Below are positions 21,075 through 31,585 of a DNA stretch of 64,000 nucleotides, piece by piece. A program made the position numbers and the translations under genes. The notes under the pieces are model-generated. The model worked only from the letters and a program-made list of their open reading frames with translations, had not been told where the DNA came from and did not search any database. The stretch is from contig CAWDTA010000002.1 in the NCBI GenBank assembly GCA_963805085.1, positions 352,001 through 416,000 of the forward strand. The letters are read 5' to 3'. Source of the DNA: an uncultured Veillonellaceae bacterium. Lineage in GTDB: Bacteria; Bacillota; Negativicutes; JARBTT01. Position 1 is the first letter of the stretch; every line of letters begins with the position of its first letter.

Positions 21075-22034
21075 TTAAAATTTTCTATCAAATAACTTAC
21101 TAATAGAATTGTTTGTATAAACTCGTATAATTCCTTCACCAAAGATTCTTGCAACGGATAAAGATTTTATTTTTTCACATTCTTTATCTGGTGTCAACGG
21201 AATGCTATTGGTGATAATTAATTCCTTGATGTTGGAGTTTTTGATACGATCCACAGCTGGATCACTAAGGATAGCATGTGTACAGCAAGCATAAACTTCT
21301 TTTGCGCCCATTTTACCTAATGCTTTTGCCCCTTCTACTAAAGAACCGGCAGTATCAACAATATCGTCAATGATTACCGCTGTTTTGCCTTCAATCGAAC
21401 CGATTAAGTTCATTACTTCAGCAACACCTGGCATCGGACGACGTTTTTCAATGATAGCGATTGGTGCTTGTAATCGATCTGCTAATTGTCTAGCGCGCGT
21501 TACCCCACCTAAATCTGGCGAAACAACAACAATATCTTGTAATTGTTTTTCTGTAATATATTCAGCTAGGATAGGTACGCCAACCAAATGATCCAAAGGA
21601 ATGTCGAAGAAACCTTGAATTTGTGCAGCATGTAAGTCCATAGTCATAACGCGAGTTACCCCTGCAGTTGTCAATAAATCGGCAACTAATTTTGCTGAAA
21701 TAGGTTCACGACCACGAGTTTTACGATCTTGACGTGCGTATGCATAGTAAGGAATTACTGCTGTAATATTCTTAGCAGATGCACGTTTACAGGCATCGAC
21801 CATAATTAAAAGTTCCATCATACTATCGTTTACTGGTTGACAAGTAGGTTGGATAAGAAATACATCTTTACCACGTACGCTCTCATCAATCATGACTTGT
21901 GTTTCACCATTATTAAAGTGTCCAACATAAGCACTGCTTAGATCAATTCCAATATACGCTGCAATCTCTTTCGCTAATTCTGGATTCGCATTACCTGTGA
22001 AAATACATAAATTTTTTGTGTCAATCGCTGTCAT
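21075..22034 (-). CDS. prs: Ribose-phosphate pyrophosphokinase
   Basis: [38 protein letters not shown]. Confidence 0.97.
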   Translation of the reverse strand: MTAIDTKNLCIFTGNANPELAKEIAAYIGIDLSSAYVGHFNNGETQVMIDESVRGKDVFLIQPTCQPVNDSMMELLIMVDACKRASAKNITAVIPYYAYARQDRKTRGREPISAKLVADLLTTAGVTRVMTMDLHAAQIQGFFDIPLDHLVGVPILAEYITEKQLQDIVVVSPDLGGVTRARQLADRLQAPIAIIEKRRPMPGVAEVMNLIGSIEGKTAVIIDDIVDTAGSLVEGAKALGKMGAKEVYACCTHAILSDPAVDRIKNSNIKELIITNSIPLTPDKECEKIKSLSVARIFGEGIIRVYTNNSISKLFDRKF

Positions 22035-22093
22035 TTTTTTTAATAGCCTCCAACATCATACTATTTATTTTAAAATTTTATAAAAAGAAAATT

Positions 22094-23458
22094 TTATTTG
22101 CGTTTGTCATGCCAACCTTCAATATTGGTTTGGCGCGCTCTACCGATCCCCAGCGCTGCTGGTGGAACATCCTTGGTAATGGTTGAACCAGCACCCACAT
22201 AAGCACCTTTACCAATCGTAACTGGTGAGACCAAGTTAGAATTGCAGCCAACAAAAGCATCATCTTCAATGGTACTACGAAATTTACGTTTACCGTCATA
22301 ATTTACTGTAATCGTACCACACCCCATGTTAACACCAGAACCGATATCGGTATCCCCGATATAACTTAAATGTGGTAATTTTGAACCTTCACCTATAGTG
22401 GAATTTTTCACTTCGACGAAGTTGCCAATTTTTACGCCTTTCGCAATTTTTGTAGCTGGACGTAAGTGTACATATGGCCCAATGATCACATCATCCGCAA
22501 TTTCACACTCATGTGCATAGGAGAAATGAGCCGTAACATTATCACCGATTGTTGTATCAGTAAATTTACTATTGGGCCCGATTTCACAACTTTCACCAAT
22601 CGTAGTACTACCTTCAAGCCAAGTAAACGGGTAGATAATCGTATCTTTACCAATAGTGACTTGCATGTCAATAAAAGTGCTAGCTGGATCCATAATCGTT
22701 ACACCATTATCCATGAGTTCTATCGTTTTGCGACGACGTAAAATATGTTCCGCACTCGCAAGCTGTACCCGTGAATTAATTCCCAAAGTTTGTTCATAAT
22801 CATCAGCAGCCACTGCCCAAACTTTTTCATTTTCTTTGCCTAGAATTTCTAAAACATCCGTTAAATAGTATTCCCCTTGCGCGTTATTACAATTTAATTT
22901 TGCTAAAGATTCAAATAGTGCCGCACGTTCAAAGCAATAAATACCAGAATTTACTTCATCGACGAGAAGTTCTTCAGCGCTAGCATCTTTTTGTTCGACG
23001 ATTTTACGAACCGTTCCACTTGCCGTTCTAATGATCCGACCATAGCCTGTCGCATTAGGCATTTTCGCCGTTAAAACAGTTGCTTTTGCCCCTGCTTTTT
23101 TATGTTCATTATATAATTTTGTTAGTAACTCACCTTGTAGCAGCGGAGTGTCACCGCAAAGCACCATAACTGTACCATCAAACTCTTTCAATAGCTGCTC
23201 AGCTTGCATTACTGCATGTCCAGTGCCTAATTGTTCCTCTTGCACCACAAATTCTGCTTGTGAGCCAATTGCCTCTTTTACAGTTTGCCCACCAAACCCA
23301 ACAACAACAACATTTTTTTCTGAACCAGCTTCATTTGCTGCATCCAGAACATGTTGCAACATCGGTTTACCACCAACACGATGCAAAACTTTCGGCAATA
23401 CCGATTTCATGCGAGTGCCTTTACCTGCGGCCAAAACGACAGTTAACAGCCCTGCCAT
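22094..23458 (-). CDS. glmU: Bifunctional UDP-GlcNAc pyrophosphorylase / glucosamine-1-phosphate acetyltransferase
   Basis: LAAGKGTRMKS, QLGTGHA, hexapeptide repeats, HLSYIGD; start MAGL at 23458 (RBS GGAGG). Confidence 0.97.
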   Translation of the reverse strand: MAGLLTVVLAAGKGTRMKSVLPKVLHRVGGKPMLQHVLDAANEAGSEKNVVVVGFGGQTVKEAIGSQAEFVVQEEQLGTGHAVMQAEQLLKEFDGTVMVLCGDTPLLQGELLTKLYNEHKKAGAKATVLTAKMPNATGYGRIIRTASGTVRKIVEQKDASAEELLVDEVNSGIYCFERAALFESLAKLNCNNAQGEYYLTDVLEILGKENEKVWAVAADDYEQTLGINSRVQLASAEHILRRRKTIELMDNGVTIMDPASTFIDMQVTIGKDTIIYPFTWLEGSTTIGESCEIGPNSKFTDTTIGDNVTAHFSYAHECEIADDVIIGPYVHLRPATKIAKGVKIGNFVEVKNSTIGEGSKLPHLSYIGDTDIGSGVNMGCGTITVNYDGKRKFRSTIEDDAFVGCNSNLVSPVTIGKGAYVGAGSTITKDVPPAALGIGRARQTNIEGWHDKRK

Positions 23459-23777
23459 AGTTATCCCTCCAATTCTAAAGTACCCTATCAATTTTTTGCT
23501 ATAAAATAAGAATGACTCCATGCTAGGTAATATCCCAAACAGCTAGAGTCATTTTTTGAAAAATATAAACAACACTATTTCTTCGACATACTATAAGGAA
23601 ATCCTGCTTAGAAGCCAGTAAAATTATAACGTATTGAAATATCATAAATAGTATCAATAAGGCAATACATCTTTCTATTGTAAAAATTATTCTTATGATT
23701 TGCAACCCTTTATTCGATAAAATTTTCACAAAAATAAGAAAAGCACTACTTTTCGCAGTACTTTTGACTAATAATAG

Positions 23778-24527
23778 TTATTTAACCAAATATTGTTCTA
23801 CTAAAATGACATCACTTAGTTTATCTACATCCATACCAATTTCTGGATATTCAGAGATAATGACAACCCCTTGCATTGCTAAAATTTTTGAAGCTCGCTC
23901 TTTTGCTGCCTTTACTGATAAATAACCAAAAACAAATTTCAGCAGTGTTATCCAGCCTAATAAAGAGGCCAATCGCCATGGTTTTTTTCGATTCGCAATA
24001 ATTTGTTTCGCAATACGCATACAATGAGGAATAATCTCAGGCTTCACCAAAAAGATATTGCCCCCAGTAAATGTTCCATCAGATAATTTCACGTAGGTTC
24101 GCTTGCCCTGCGGGAACTTTACTTCGCATACACTCTTTTCAATAATCGGATAATAAAAATCACCCTCCTCTGCTTGACATTGCATTAAAAAATCATCAAT
24201 TGCCGCAGCTGTGATAAAGGGAACATCTACTGTAACAATCAATGTTTTTCCCAGGGCGCCCAAGGCTGCTATTCCGTTTACCACTGTATCGAGAATCGTT
24301 TCACCACTTTGCACAAGTTTTACATTCTCTGGTAAATCAATCTTCGCTAGCATTTTCATTGGGCCCGCTATAATGATTTTGTCTATCTTTTCACTTTTAA
24401 GCAGCGCTTTTAAGACAAAATAAAGCATAGGTTTGCCCCCAATGTCGATGAAAGCTTCATACGTTCGTACATGATCTGCACTCAAATTTTTGCTTACACC
24501 ACCTGCTAATATAATAGCATTATACAT
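23778..24527 (-). CDS. MobA-like NTP-transferase family protein
   Basis: AIILAGG, IGGKPML, VDVPF, DVDK. Confidence 0.75.
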   Translation of the reverse strand: MYNAIILAGGVSKNLSADHVRTYEAFIDIGGKPMLYFVLKALLKSEKIDKIIIAGPMKMLAKIDLPENVKLVQSGETILDTVVNGIAALGALGKTLIVTVDVPFITAAAIDDFLMQCQAEEGDFYYPIIEKSVCEVKFPQGKRTYVKLSDGTFTGGNIFLVKPEIIPHCMRIAKQIIANRKKPWRLASLLGWITLLKFVFGYLSVKAAKERASKILAMQGVVIISEYPEIGMDVDKLSDVILVEQYLVK

Positions 24528-24556
24528 TGTAGGCCTCCTATGCCAGTGACAAAAGA

Positions 24557-25246
24557 TTATTTTGGGTTTTTATCAAGATTCTCCATGCTAATCAATAAGG
24601 TTTGTTCTGATTTTTCCATATGATCTTCCGCTGCTTTTTGTGCAAGTTCTACATTGCCTTGGGCAATCGCCTCAACGATACGAATATGTTCTTCTAATGT
24701 CTCTTTTAAACGCCCTGGATAAGACATCGACGTAGAACGGAATCGCGTCAATTGTTCACGTAAATTATAAATAATACCAACCAAACGTGCATTACGGCTA
24801 GCCTGGTATAAAATATCATGGAACTCCATATCAGTTTCAACGATTTTGTCCATATCATTTTGCTCTATGTATTCACCAATCAAAACGAGCAACCGTTCTA
24901 ATCGTTCCAATTCTTCGTCAGTAATACGCTCTGCTGCCAGACCGCTTGCTAAAGAATCTAACGTTGTCCGAATTTCAAAAACTTCATTGACATCACGAAT
25001 TGAAAGGTTTGCTACATAAGTACCACGACGTGGCATCATAATGACATACCCCTCTAATTCTAGTTTACGAATTGCTTCACGGACAGGAGTGCGGCTTACG
25101 CCTAGTTCCTCTGCCAGTTGTATCTCCATTAGGCGCTCACCAGGTTTTAGCACCCCACCTCTAATGGCTTCACGTAATGTTTCGCAAACAACTTCACGTA
25201 AGGGTTGATAACTATCTAATTTTATTGGTGCTAATCTTCGTTGCAT
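24557..25246 (-). CDS. GntR/FCD family transcriptional regulator
   Basis: LKPGERL...LAEELGVSRTPVREA HTH, FCD domain DMEFH. Confidence 0.92.
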   Translation of the reverse strand: MQRRLAPIKLDSYQPLREVVCETLREAIRGGVLKPGERLMEIQLAEELGVSRTPVREAIRKLELEGYVIMMPRRGTYVANLSIRDVNEVFEIRTTLDSLASGLAAERITDEELERLERLLVLIGEYIEQNDMDKIVETDMEFHDILYQASRNARLVGIIYNLREQLTRFRSTSMSYPGRLKETLEEHIRIVEAIAQGNVELAQKAAEDHMEKSEQTLLISMENLDKNPK

Positions 25247-25256
25247 AATTCTCCCC

Positions 25257-26120
25257 TCAATCTCCACAAACTGTTTTCGTCAGAATCACTTGAGTGTTAC
25301 TCAAGTCTTCTAATTTTTTTACGATATACTTCGCTTTGTCTTCATCCGGTGTAAGGCCAAATACCGTAGGCCCACTTCCCGACATTAAGCTTGCCATCGC
25401 ACCATGCTGTAACATCAATTTCTTAATCATAGCAATTTCAGCATGCTCTTTTATAGTAACACTTTCTAAAACATTACACAATAACTTACTGATACTTTGT
25501 AAATCGCCTTGTTCTAAGCATTTGATAATTTCTGTATTCTCTGGGTGCACATTTACACTTGCTGCATCGTAATTTTGATAAGCCCAAGCCGTCGATATCG
25601 ATACCTGTGGTTTTGCAAGAACAACATAACACGCTGGCATCGCTGGTAATGGCTTTAAAATTTCGCCGCGACCAGTTGCCAGCATCGTGCCACCTTGAAT
25701 GCAAAATGGAACATCTGAGCCGATTTGCGCCCCCAATTCACAAAGTTCATCATCGTATAAACCAAGATTAAACAGTTCATTTAAAGCCACGATCACTGCT
25801 GCCGCATCTGTGCTTCCACCAGCGAGCCCAGCAGCAATTGGAATTCGCTTGGTAAGTTCCATATAAATTCCTTGCTGAATAGCAAATTTATCTACGACAA
25901 GCTTTGCTGCTTTATATGCCAAATTACGTTCTATATTAGGTAGTCCAGGAATATCACTGATAAGATTAATCCCATCGCCTTTGGCGCCTAAGCGAACATC
26001 CAATAAATCTGATAGTTCTATTTGTTGCATGACCATCGCAACTTCATGATAATTGTCTGATCGCTTCCCTAAAATATCTAACGTCAAATTTATTTTCGCT
26101 CGTGCATCTACTGTTAACAT
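25257..26120 (-). CDS. ispE: 4-diphosphocytidyl-2-C-methyl-D-erythritol kinase
   Basis: AKINLTLD, KRIPIAAGLAGGSTDAA, IGSDVPF, MSGSGPT. Confidence 0.96.
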   Translation of the reverse strand: MLTVDARAKINLTLDILGKRSDNYHEVAMVMQQIELSDLLDVRLGAKGDGINLISDIPGLPNIERNLAYKAAKLVVDKFAIQQGIYMELTKRIPIAAGLAGGSTDAAAVIVALNELFNLGLYDDELCELGAQIGSDVPFCIQGGTMLATGRGEILKPLPAMPACYVVLAKPQVSISTAWAYQNYDAASVNVHPENTEIIKCLEQGDLQSISKLLCNVLESVTIKEHAEIAMIKKLMLQHGAMASLMSGSGPTVFGLTPDEDKAKYIVKKLEDLSNTQVILTKTVCGD

Positions 26121-26129
26121 CACAATCAC

Positions 26130-26606
26130 CTATTCATCTCTTTTTATATCTTTTAAACTTTTTACTTCTTCTTCTGAAAACACTTCGTCAATATCTAATA
26201 AAATCAATAAGCGATTATTAACCTTACCAACACCTGGAACCTGTTTTATGTTTAGTTTGGCTGCAGCTGGTGGTATATCAATCTCAGTGGTCGGTATACT
26301 AAGCACTTCCGTAACACAATCGACGATGATGCCAAGCAACCGGTTATTAAAATCCACAACCATAATCCTGCTGCCATCGGTAGCCTCACTGACGGGTAAA
26401 CCAAAACGTTCTCTTAAATCAACAACAGGGATAATTTCGCCGCGTAAATTGATAACACCCTTCATAAACGCTGGTGATTTAGGTATTTTGGTAAGTGGCA
26501 TAAAACGATTGATATCTTTTACCTTGGTAATGGGCAGTGCATACTCTTCTGCGGATAAACGAAATGCTACGATTTGTAAATCTTCACCATTGTCCATTGC
26601 AGACAC
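26130..26606 (-). CDS. cheW: Chemotaxis adaptor CheW
   Basis: GVINLRGEIIPVVDLR, GIIVDCV. Confidence 0.9.
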   Translation of the reverse strand: MSAMDNGEDLQIVAFRLSAEEYALPITKVKDINRFMPLTKIPKSPAFMKGVINLRGEIIPVVDLRERFGLPVSEATDGSRIMVVDFNNRLLGIIVDCVTEVLSIPTTEIDIPPAAAKLNIKQVPGVGKVNNRLLILLDIDEVFSEEEVKSLKDIKRDE

Positions 26607-26685
26607 TCCACTCTCATTTAATGTATTAATAAAGCATTATTTCTACGTTATAGTGGTTTTTGCCTGCTAACAACATGTAAAAATT

Positions 26686-29364
26686 TTAAATAAAAGAATT
26701 TTTTAACAATGGTCTTATCGTTTCGTTGGTCATCATAAAATCAAGCAACGGCTGATCGCCTTCTTCTGCGCCAGCTCGATTCCTAATAAATTCTTGAATT
26801 GTTTCTATAGTTTCCTTATAATCTTCATAAAAAACGACAATAAAATCGCCTGCTATCGCGTTTTCCAATGCAACTTTAACCGCTTCTTTTTCCGCTAAAA
26901 TCGTCTTGATTTTTTCTGACGGAAAACCGATGGAACTTACACCTTCTTCTAATATACTTGCAGTTTCACCAACTTTACGTCCGCGTAGATCATTATCTTC
27001 TTTGATATATAATTGATCAAATCCCGCCCCCGCAGTTTTGCCAATATTAAAAATGACATCGTCGCGACGATCTCCGGGTACGCCAATGACGCCAACTAAA
27101 CGTTTTGTGCCAAGTTGCCTTACTGTATTGATAATTGCTTGATACCCAGCAAAATTATGACCGTAATCAACACAAACGTTAAAGTCATCAATGTGAAATA
27201 AATTTAACCTGCCAACATTATCAACAAAATTAGTTAACCCTTGTTTCACATGTTCTACATCAATCCCATATCCATAGCTTGCAGCAATCGCCGCCAATGC
27301 ATTTTGCACGTTATGTTTCGCCACACCGCCCAAGGTAACAGGGATGTCTTTTACATTTAAAATCACTTTTGCTTGATTGCCGCGCGCCAAATAAATCTTA
27401 TCATTTTTCATAAACACAGCTTTTCCACCAGCACCTAAATGCCGCCGAATGACGATGTTATTTTCCGTCATGCTAAAATAAATCACTTGCGCTTGTACCC
27501 TTGTTGCAAGTTTAGGAGCAAAGACATCATCGGCATTGATAACCGCCGTACCACTAACGTCTACCAATTCTAGCACCAAAGACTTGATATAGGCCAAATC
27601 CTCTAAGGTTTCAATGCCATCTTGCCCTAGATGATCTTCACTAATATTCGTTACAATGCCGACATCACAACGTTCAAAGCCAAGTCCAGCTTTCACAATA
27701 CCGCCACGTGCCGTTTCTAGTACAGCCACCTCGACGTTTTTATCATGCAAGACCATTTTAGCACTCATCGGACCACTACAATCTCCAACCATTTGACACT
27801 CTTGATTAAAAAAAACACCTTCTGTTGTCGTCATTCCTACATTAAAGCCAGCTTGCTGATAAATTGCACTGAGCATTCTAGTTACCGTCGTCTTGCCATT
27901 TGTTCCTGTAATCGCAAGAATCGGAATTCTGCCATTACCGCCATACGGAAATAAATAATCAACAATTTTACCACCGACATCACGAGCTTGTCCTGCACTA
28001 GGATAATGATGCATTCGAATTCCCGGAGCAGCATTGATCTCAATGACTGCGCCATTTTTACCATTGATAGGTTTACTGATGTCATCAGCAATGATATCCA
28101 TACCCATGATATCCAGACCAATCATTTTAGCAATTCTTTGTGCAAGCAAGACATTATCGGGATGGACAATTGCCGTGACATCGACTGCAGTACCACCCGT
28201 ACTAAGATTTGCCGTTTCCTTAATCTTTACAATTCGCTTTACTTCTGGCACAAGGTTTGGCGTAAGTTGCTGCGCTTCTAGTACCAATAAAGAAATTGCG
28301 TCTAAGGTAATCTTCGTCAAGGGTTTCCCATGCCCTTCACCGCGCAAGGGATGTTGATTGGCGATTTCTACAAGCTGCGCTACTGTATGCTCGCCATCAC
28401 CAATCACATAGGCGGGAATCCGTTCCGCCGCAGCGACCAATTGATCATTCACCATACAAAAACGATACTGTCTACCAGAGATATAGCTTTCCACCAGAAC
28501 TTCGTGGTCGTAAGCACGTGCTACTTGAAAGGCTTGTTTGATTTCATTTTCTTGGCAGACATTGACTGTAACCCCGCGACCATGACTGCCCGCAAGCGGT
28601 TTTAAGACAGCATTAGTACCTAGTTCACGCCAAGCTTCAACGGCTTCTGCTTCACTTGTTACGATAAAATTACGCGGCACACTGACCCCATGCTCTGCTA
28701 AAAATTTAGTTGTTAAATATTTATTCGCGACTAAATCTGTAGCGAGCAAGCTGGTTTTTTCACTTACCGTTGACCATATTTTTTTCACATGTTTACCGTG
28801 ACCTAAGATCAATAAGTCTTCATCCGCAAAACGAGTCGTCGGAATGTTACGTATTTTTGCCGCTTGATAAATCGCTGCGGCACTAGGTCCTAATTGGAGG
28901 TCATAATGCAATTCTTTTATTTTTTTGATTTGCGTAGCCAAATCAAAAGTTTCGCCTAATATCATGGCATTTAAAAAGCGTTCAACTAAATATGCACATT
29001 TTTTAGCGATTGTTTCCGTTCTATACGTGACCACGACATCATAGATTCCTGTTTGATCACTAACTCTAGTCTTGCCATAGCTTACTTGATCACCGCAGAT
29101 ATTTTGTAATTCCAATAATACATGCTCAAATATATGCGCTAAGTAAGTCCCTTCTTTCAACCGCTCAACAAACCCACCACGATGACCAACGGAGCAATGA
29201 TGTTCGTGCAAACTAGGTAATTGCTCTACTAACCGCTCGACAAATCCATCTATCTCTGAGCTAGGGATATCTACGTATTTTCCTAATGACAATTTGATCC
29301 ACAGCACAGGGCGATAACTAAAAACATTCGCACCCCTCAGCACATTGATCTTCAATATTTTCAT
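26686..29364 (-). CDS. cphA: Cyanophycin synthetase (CphA1)
   Basis: N-domain C-x19-HxxEH, ATP-grasp domain (ANLSTGG, EINAAPGIRMH), Mur-ligase domain (ITGTNGKTT, VLETARGG, DYGHN). Confidence 0.95.
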   Translation of the reverse strand: MKILKINVLRGANVFSYRPVLWIKLSLGKYVDIPSSEIDGFVERLVEQLPSLHEHHCSVGHRGGFVERLKEGTYLAHIFEHVLLELQNICGDQVSYGKTRVSDQTGIYDVVVTYRTETIAKKCAYLVERFLNAMILGETFDLATQIKKIKELHYDLQLGPSAAAIYQAAKIRNIPTTRFADEDLLILGHGKHVKKIWSTVSEKTSLLATDLVANKYLTTKFLAEHGVSVPRNFIVTSEAEAVEAWRELGTNAVLKPLAGSHGRGVTVNVCQENEIKQAFQVARAYDHEVLVESYISGRQYRFCMVNDQLVAAAERIPAYVIGDGEHTVAQLVEIANQHPLRGEGHGKPLTKITLDAISLLVLEAQQLTPNLVPEVKRIVKIKETANLSTGGTAVDVTAIVHPDNVLLAQRIAKMIGLDIMGMDIIADDISKPINGKNGAVIEINAAPGIRMHHYPSAGQARDVGGKIVDYLFPYGGNGRIPILAITGTNGKTTVTRMLSAIYQQAGFNVGMTTTEGVFFNQECQMVGDCSGPMSAKMVLHDKNVEVAVLETARGGIVKAGLGFERCDVGIVTNISEDHLGQDGIETLEDLAYIKSLVLELVDVSGTAVINADDVFAPKLATRVQAQVIYFSMTENNIVIRRHLGAGGKAVFMKNDKIYLARGNQAKVILNVKDIPVTLGGVAKHNVQNALAAIAASYGYGIDVEHVKQGLTNFVDNVGRLNLFHIDDFNVCVDYGHNFAGYQAIINTVRQLGTKRLVGVIGVPGDRRDDVIFNIGKTAGAGFDQLYIKEDNDLRGRKVGETASILEEGVSSIGFPSEKIKTILAEKEAVKVALENAIAGDFIVVFYEDYKETIETIQEFIRNRAGAEEGDQPLLDFMMTNETIRPLLKNSFI

Positions 29365-29375
29365 TACATAGCCTC

Positions 29376-30188
29376 CTATTTGTGTGAAACATATGGTCTA
29401 CGAGTATGCAAATCATAACCGAAGCCATCTGGTAAAATATGCAACGTAACATTCGTAATTGCCAATGGATCAAAAAGACTAGAATCTGAAATATTGGAAT
29501 GTACAATCTGTCTGCCATCTAGAATTGTCACCGTTTGCGATCCAACAACGTGGCATTTACCACTAGCTTCCACGAGTAGTGCCGTATCTTCATCGACCCC
29601 GACTCCAATCACATTCGGATTTTGCGCAACAACGGCGAGCAGTCGGTTAATTCTGCCCCTTTGGGCAAAATGCTGGTCAATTACTACCTTATCAATGAGT
29701 CCCATGCCTTCTGCCATGCTAATTGTCGATTTTTTTGGTGTTTCACTTGAGTCACCACTAACAATCATCGTATGACTCATAACTGAAGCACCAGCACTGG
29801 TGCCCGCAATCACCCCCCCCTGTGCAAAGGTCTGCTTAATCGCTTGATCAATAGTCGAACCGCCTAAAATACTCGTCAATCTGAGTTGATCACCACCGGT
29901 AAAAAAAACACCTGTATACATTGAAAAATGATCCGCTAAATGTTGATCAAAGGCCCGGGTCCGATCGGCAACATGAATGATATCTACTACTTCCGCTCCG
30001 AGCCACTCAAATACCATTTTATATTCAATGCCGACTTCTTCCGGTAACTGTGTTGCTGTGGTAAGTACCGCGATCTTCGCTTCCCTTCCACCCGCCTTTT
30101 CAATAAAAGTACGAAGGATATAACATTCTCCCGTTTTATCCTCATTGCCCCCGATAATCAATAATACCCCTTCAGCCTTGCTTTGCAT
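29376..30188 (-). CDS. cphB: Cyanophycinase
   Basis: IIGGNEDK, FTGGDQ, GTSAGA catalytic Ser, DQHF, GVDEDT; directly upstream of cphA. Confidence 0.94.
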   Translation of the reverse strand: MQSKAEGVLLIIGGNEDKTGECYILRTFIEKAGGREAKIAVLTTATQLPEEVGIEYKMVFEWLGAEVVDIIHVADRTRAFDQHLADHFSMYTGVFFTGGDQLRLTSILGGSTIDQAIKQTFAQGGVIAGTSAGASVMSHTMIVSGDSSETPKKSTISMAEGMGLIDKVVIDQHFAQRGRINRLLAVVAQNPNVIGVGVDEDTALLVEASGKCHVVGSQTVTILDGRQIVHSNISDSSLFDPLAITNVTLHILPDGFGYDLHTRRPYVSHK

Positions 30189-30286
30189 GTTATCCCCCAA
30201 ATCATTATCAATACTTTTATACGAAATAAAACTCTATATATTATTTGCCAATAAATCGAAATTTATATACATGATATTTTTAAAAT

Positions 30287-30315
30287 CACCAATCTGATAA
30301 AAAAAACATATAATG
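30287..30315 (+). promoter_or_regulatory. SigK-like promoter of the L,D-transpeptidase gene
   Basis: CACC-N16-CATATAATG matches the mACm-N16-CATAnnnTr consensus. Confidence 0.55.
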
Positions 30316-30347
30316 ATACACAACAAAATAAATTCAGGAGGTCTCTC

Positions 30348-30725
30348 ATGAATATTTACACACAAAAAAAGCGCACAATTACAACACTGAGTAATGCTAA
30401 AATCTCCATTGTAAAAAGTGCGCGTTTATTAACAATTTCAGATGCAGATACACCAATTTATCAATATCCTATTGCCATTGGCAAGCCGAGCACACCTACG
30501 CCTGTCGGAAATTATGTAATCGCCACCAAAATCAACAATCCCGGCGGACTCCTCGGTTCACGTTGGCTTGGCCTAAATTATGATGCTTATGGCATTCATG
30601 GAACCAATAAGCCTTGGCTTATCGGCGAAATGGTTTCTAATGGCTGCATCCGAATGCACAATGATAACGTCGAAATTCTTTACTCATTGGTTATCTTAGG
30701 CACCCCCGTTTATATCCGGGATTAA
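30348..30725 (+). CDS. L,D-transpeptidase (YkuD catalytic domain only)
   Basis: YPIAIGK..TPTP.G, GIHGT...SNGCIRM. Confidence 0.88.
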   Translation: MNIYTQKKRTITTLSNAKISIVKSARLLTISDADTPIYQYPIAIGKPSTPTPVGNYVIATKINNPGGLLGSRWLGLNYDAYGIHGTNKPWLIGEMVSNGCIRMHNDNVEILYSLVILGTPVYIRD

Positions 30726-31478
30726 GGAGATTAACATCGCTGCAACCTCTCCAGCCATCGCACAGCGCGCAAGCAAAAACAACTTTAACTCTGCTCTTGT
30801 TTCAGCATCGTTTAACCATTCTTCGGGAATATTGTCAACAATTTGATCTAACTGTTCCTTAGTAATCGCTTGAAATTTCTCTACGTAAGGCGTAAAATCA
30901 CTTTCTTGCAAATAATGGCGGAGCAAAGTTCCATACGCACGTCGTTTGTTTAATTTAACCCCATTAATCATAATCGCTAGATTTTCCTTATTCCACCTAC
31001 CACTACCAAATAAATGTGAGTTATCAATCGCATACATGCGATAACCATCAATTTCACGACGAATTAGCATATTTTTCCCATTTAAGGTTCGGTCTACATT
31101 ATGAAATAAATGATCAAATAACATGACGCCAGCAAATTCTTTTTTATTGGTTACCGCATGTAAATGATAACGATGCACATACTTGCTACCACGTAAATAA
31201 TACGTCGCAAAATGCAAACCTTCCATAACTTTCAAACGCATCAATCTTTTAGAACTGCTAATGAACTCGTCTGTGAACATAATCGTATCACTTGCCGGAA
31301 AGCAAAGATCTATCAGGACACCCAAACGGCTGGCAATAAATTCATTGACTAAAACCTTCATTCCTAAACGATTATTTTTTAATTTCACCACATAGACATT
31401 ATCATCATCGGCTCTGATTAATTGTGGTACTGTTACGCCAATACCGATCGAACCAATATACTCTTTTGCATAAAGCAT
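30696..31478 (-). CDS. HipA-like (HipA_2 family) Ser/Thr kinase, orphan
   Basis: G-rich loop GIGVTVP, YVVK, LVNEFIA, FDHLFHNVDR..N, IDNSH; catalytic residues appear intact. Confidence 0.8.
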   Translation of the reverse strand: MLYAKEYIGSIGIGVTVPQLIRADDDNVYVVKLKNNRLGMKVLVNEFIASRLGVLIDLCFPASDTIMFTDEFISSSKRLMRLKVMEGLHFATYYLRGSKYVHRYHLHAVTNKKEFAGVMLFDHLFHNVDRTLNGKNMLIRREIDGYRMYAIDNSHLFGSGRWNKENLAIMINGVKLNKRRAYGTLLRHYLQESDFTPYVEKFQAITKEQLDQIVDNIPEEWLNDAETRAELKLFLLARCAMAGEVAAMLISLIPDINGGA

Positions 31479-31515
31479 CGTTCATCCTCCTCATAAATAA
31501 CACCTCGAAATGATA

Positions 31516-31544
31516 CATCATATGAGAACATTTCCTTCTTATGC
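31516..31544 (-). promoter_or_regulatory. SigE-like sporulation promoter upstream of the kinase
   Basis: Minus strand reads GCATAAG-N13-CATATGATG. Confidence 0.45.
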
Positions 31545-31579
31545 AGAAAATGCACGCTAAAAATATAGCGTGCATTTCT
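31545..31579 (-). terminator. Terminator after the SPOCS-SH3 gene
   Basis: AGAAAATGCACGCTA...TAGCGTGCATTTCT hairpin. Confidence 0.6.
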
Positions 31580-31585
31580 TCTTTT

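Noticed and set aside
30696-31478. HipA kinase as part of a toxin-antitoxin or anti-phage system
   Set aside because: No antitoxin or DUF3037 gene and no defence-island context in the window. Not fully excluded, since a partner could act in trans.
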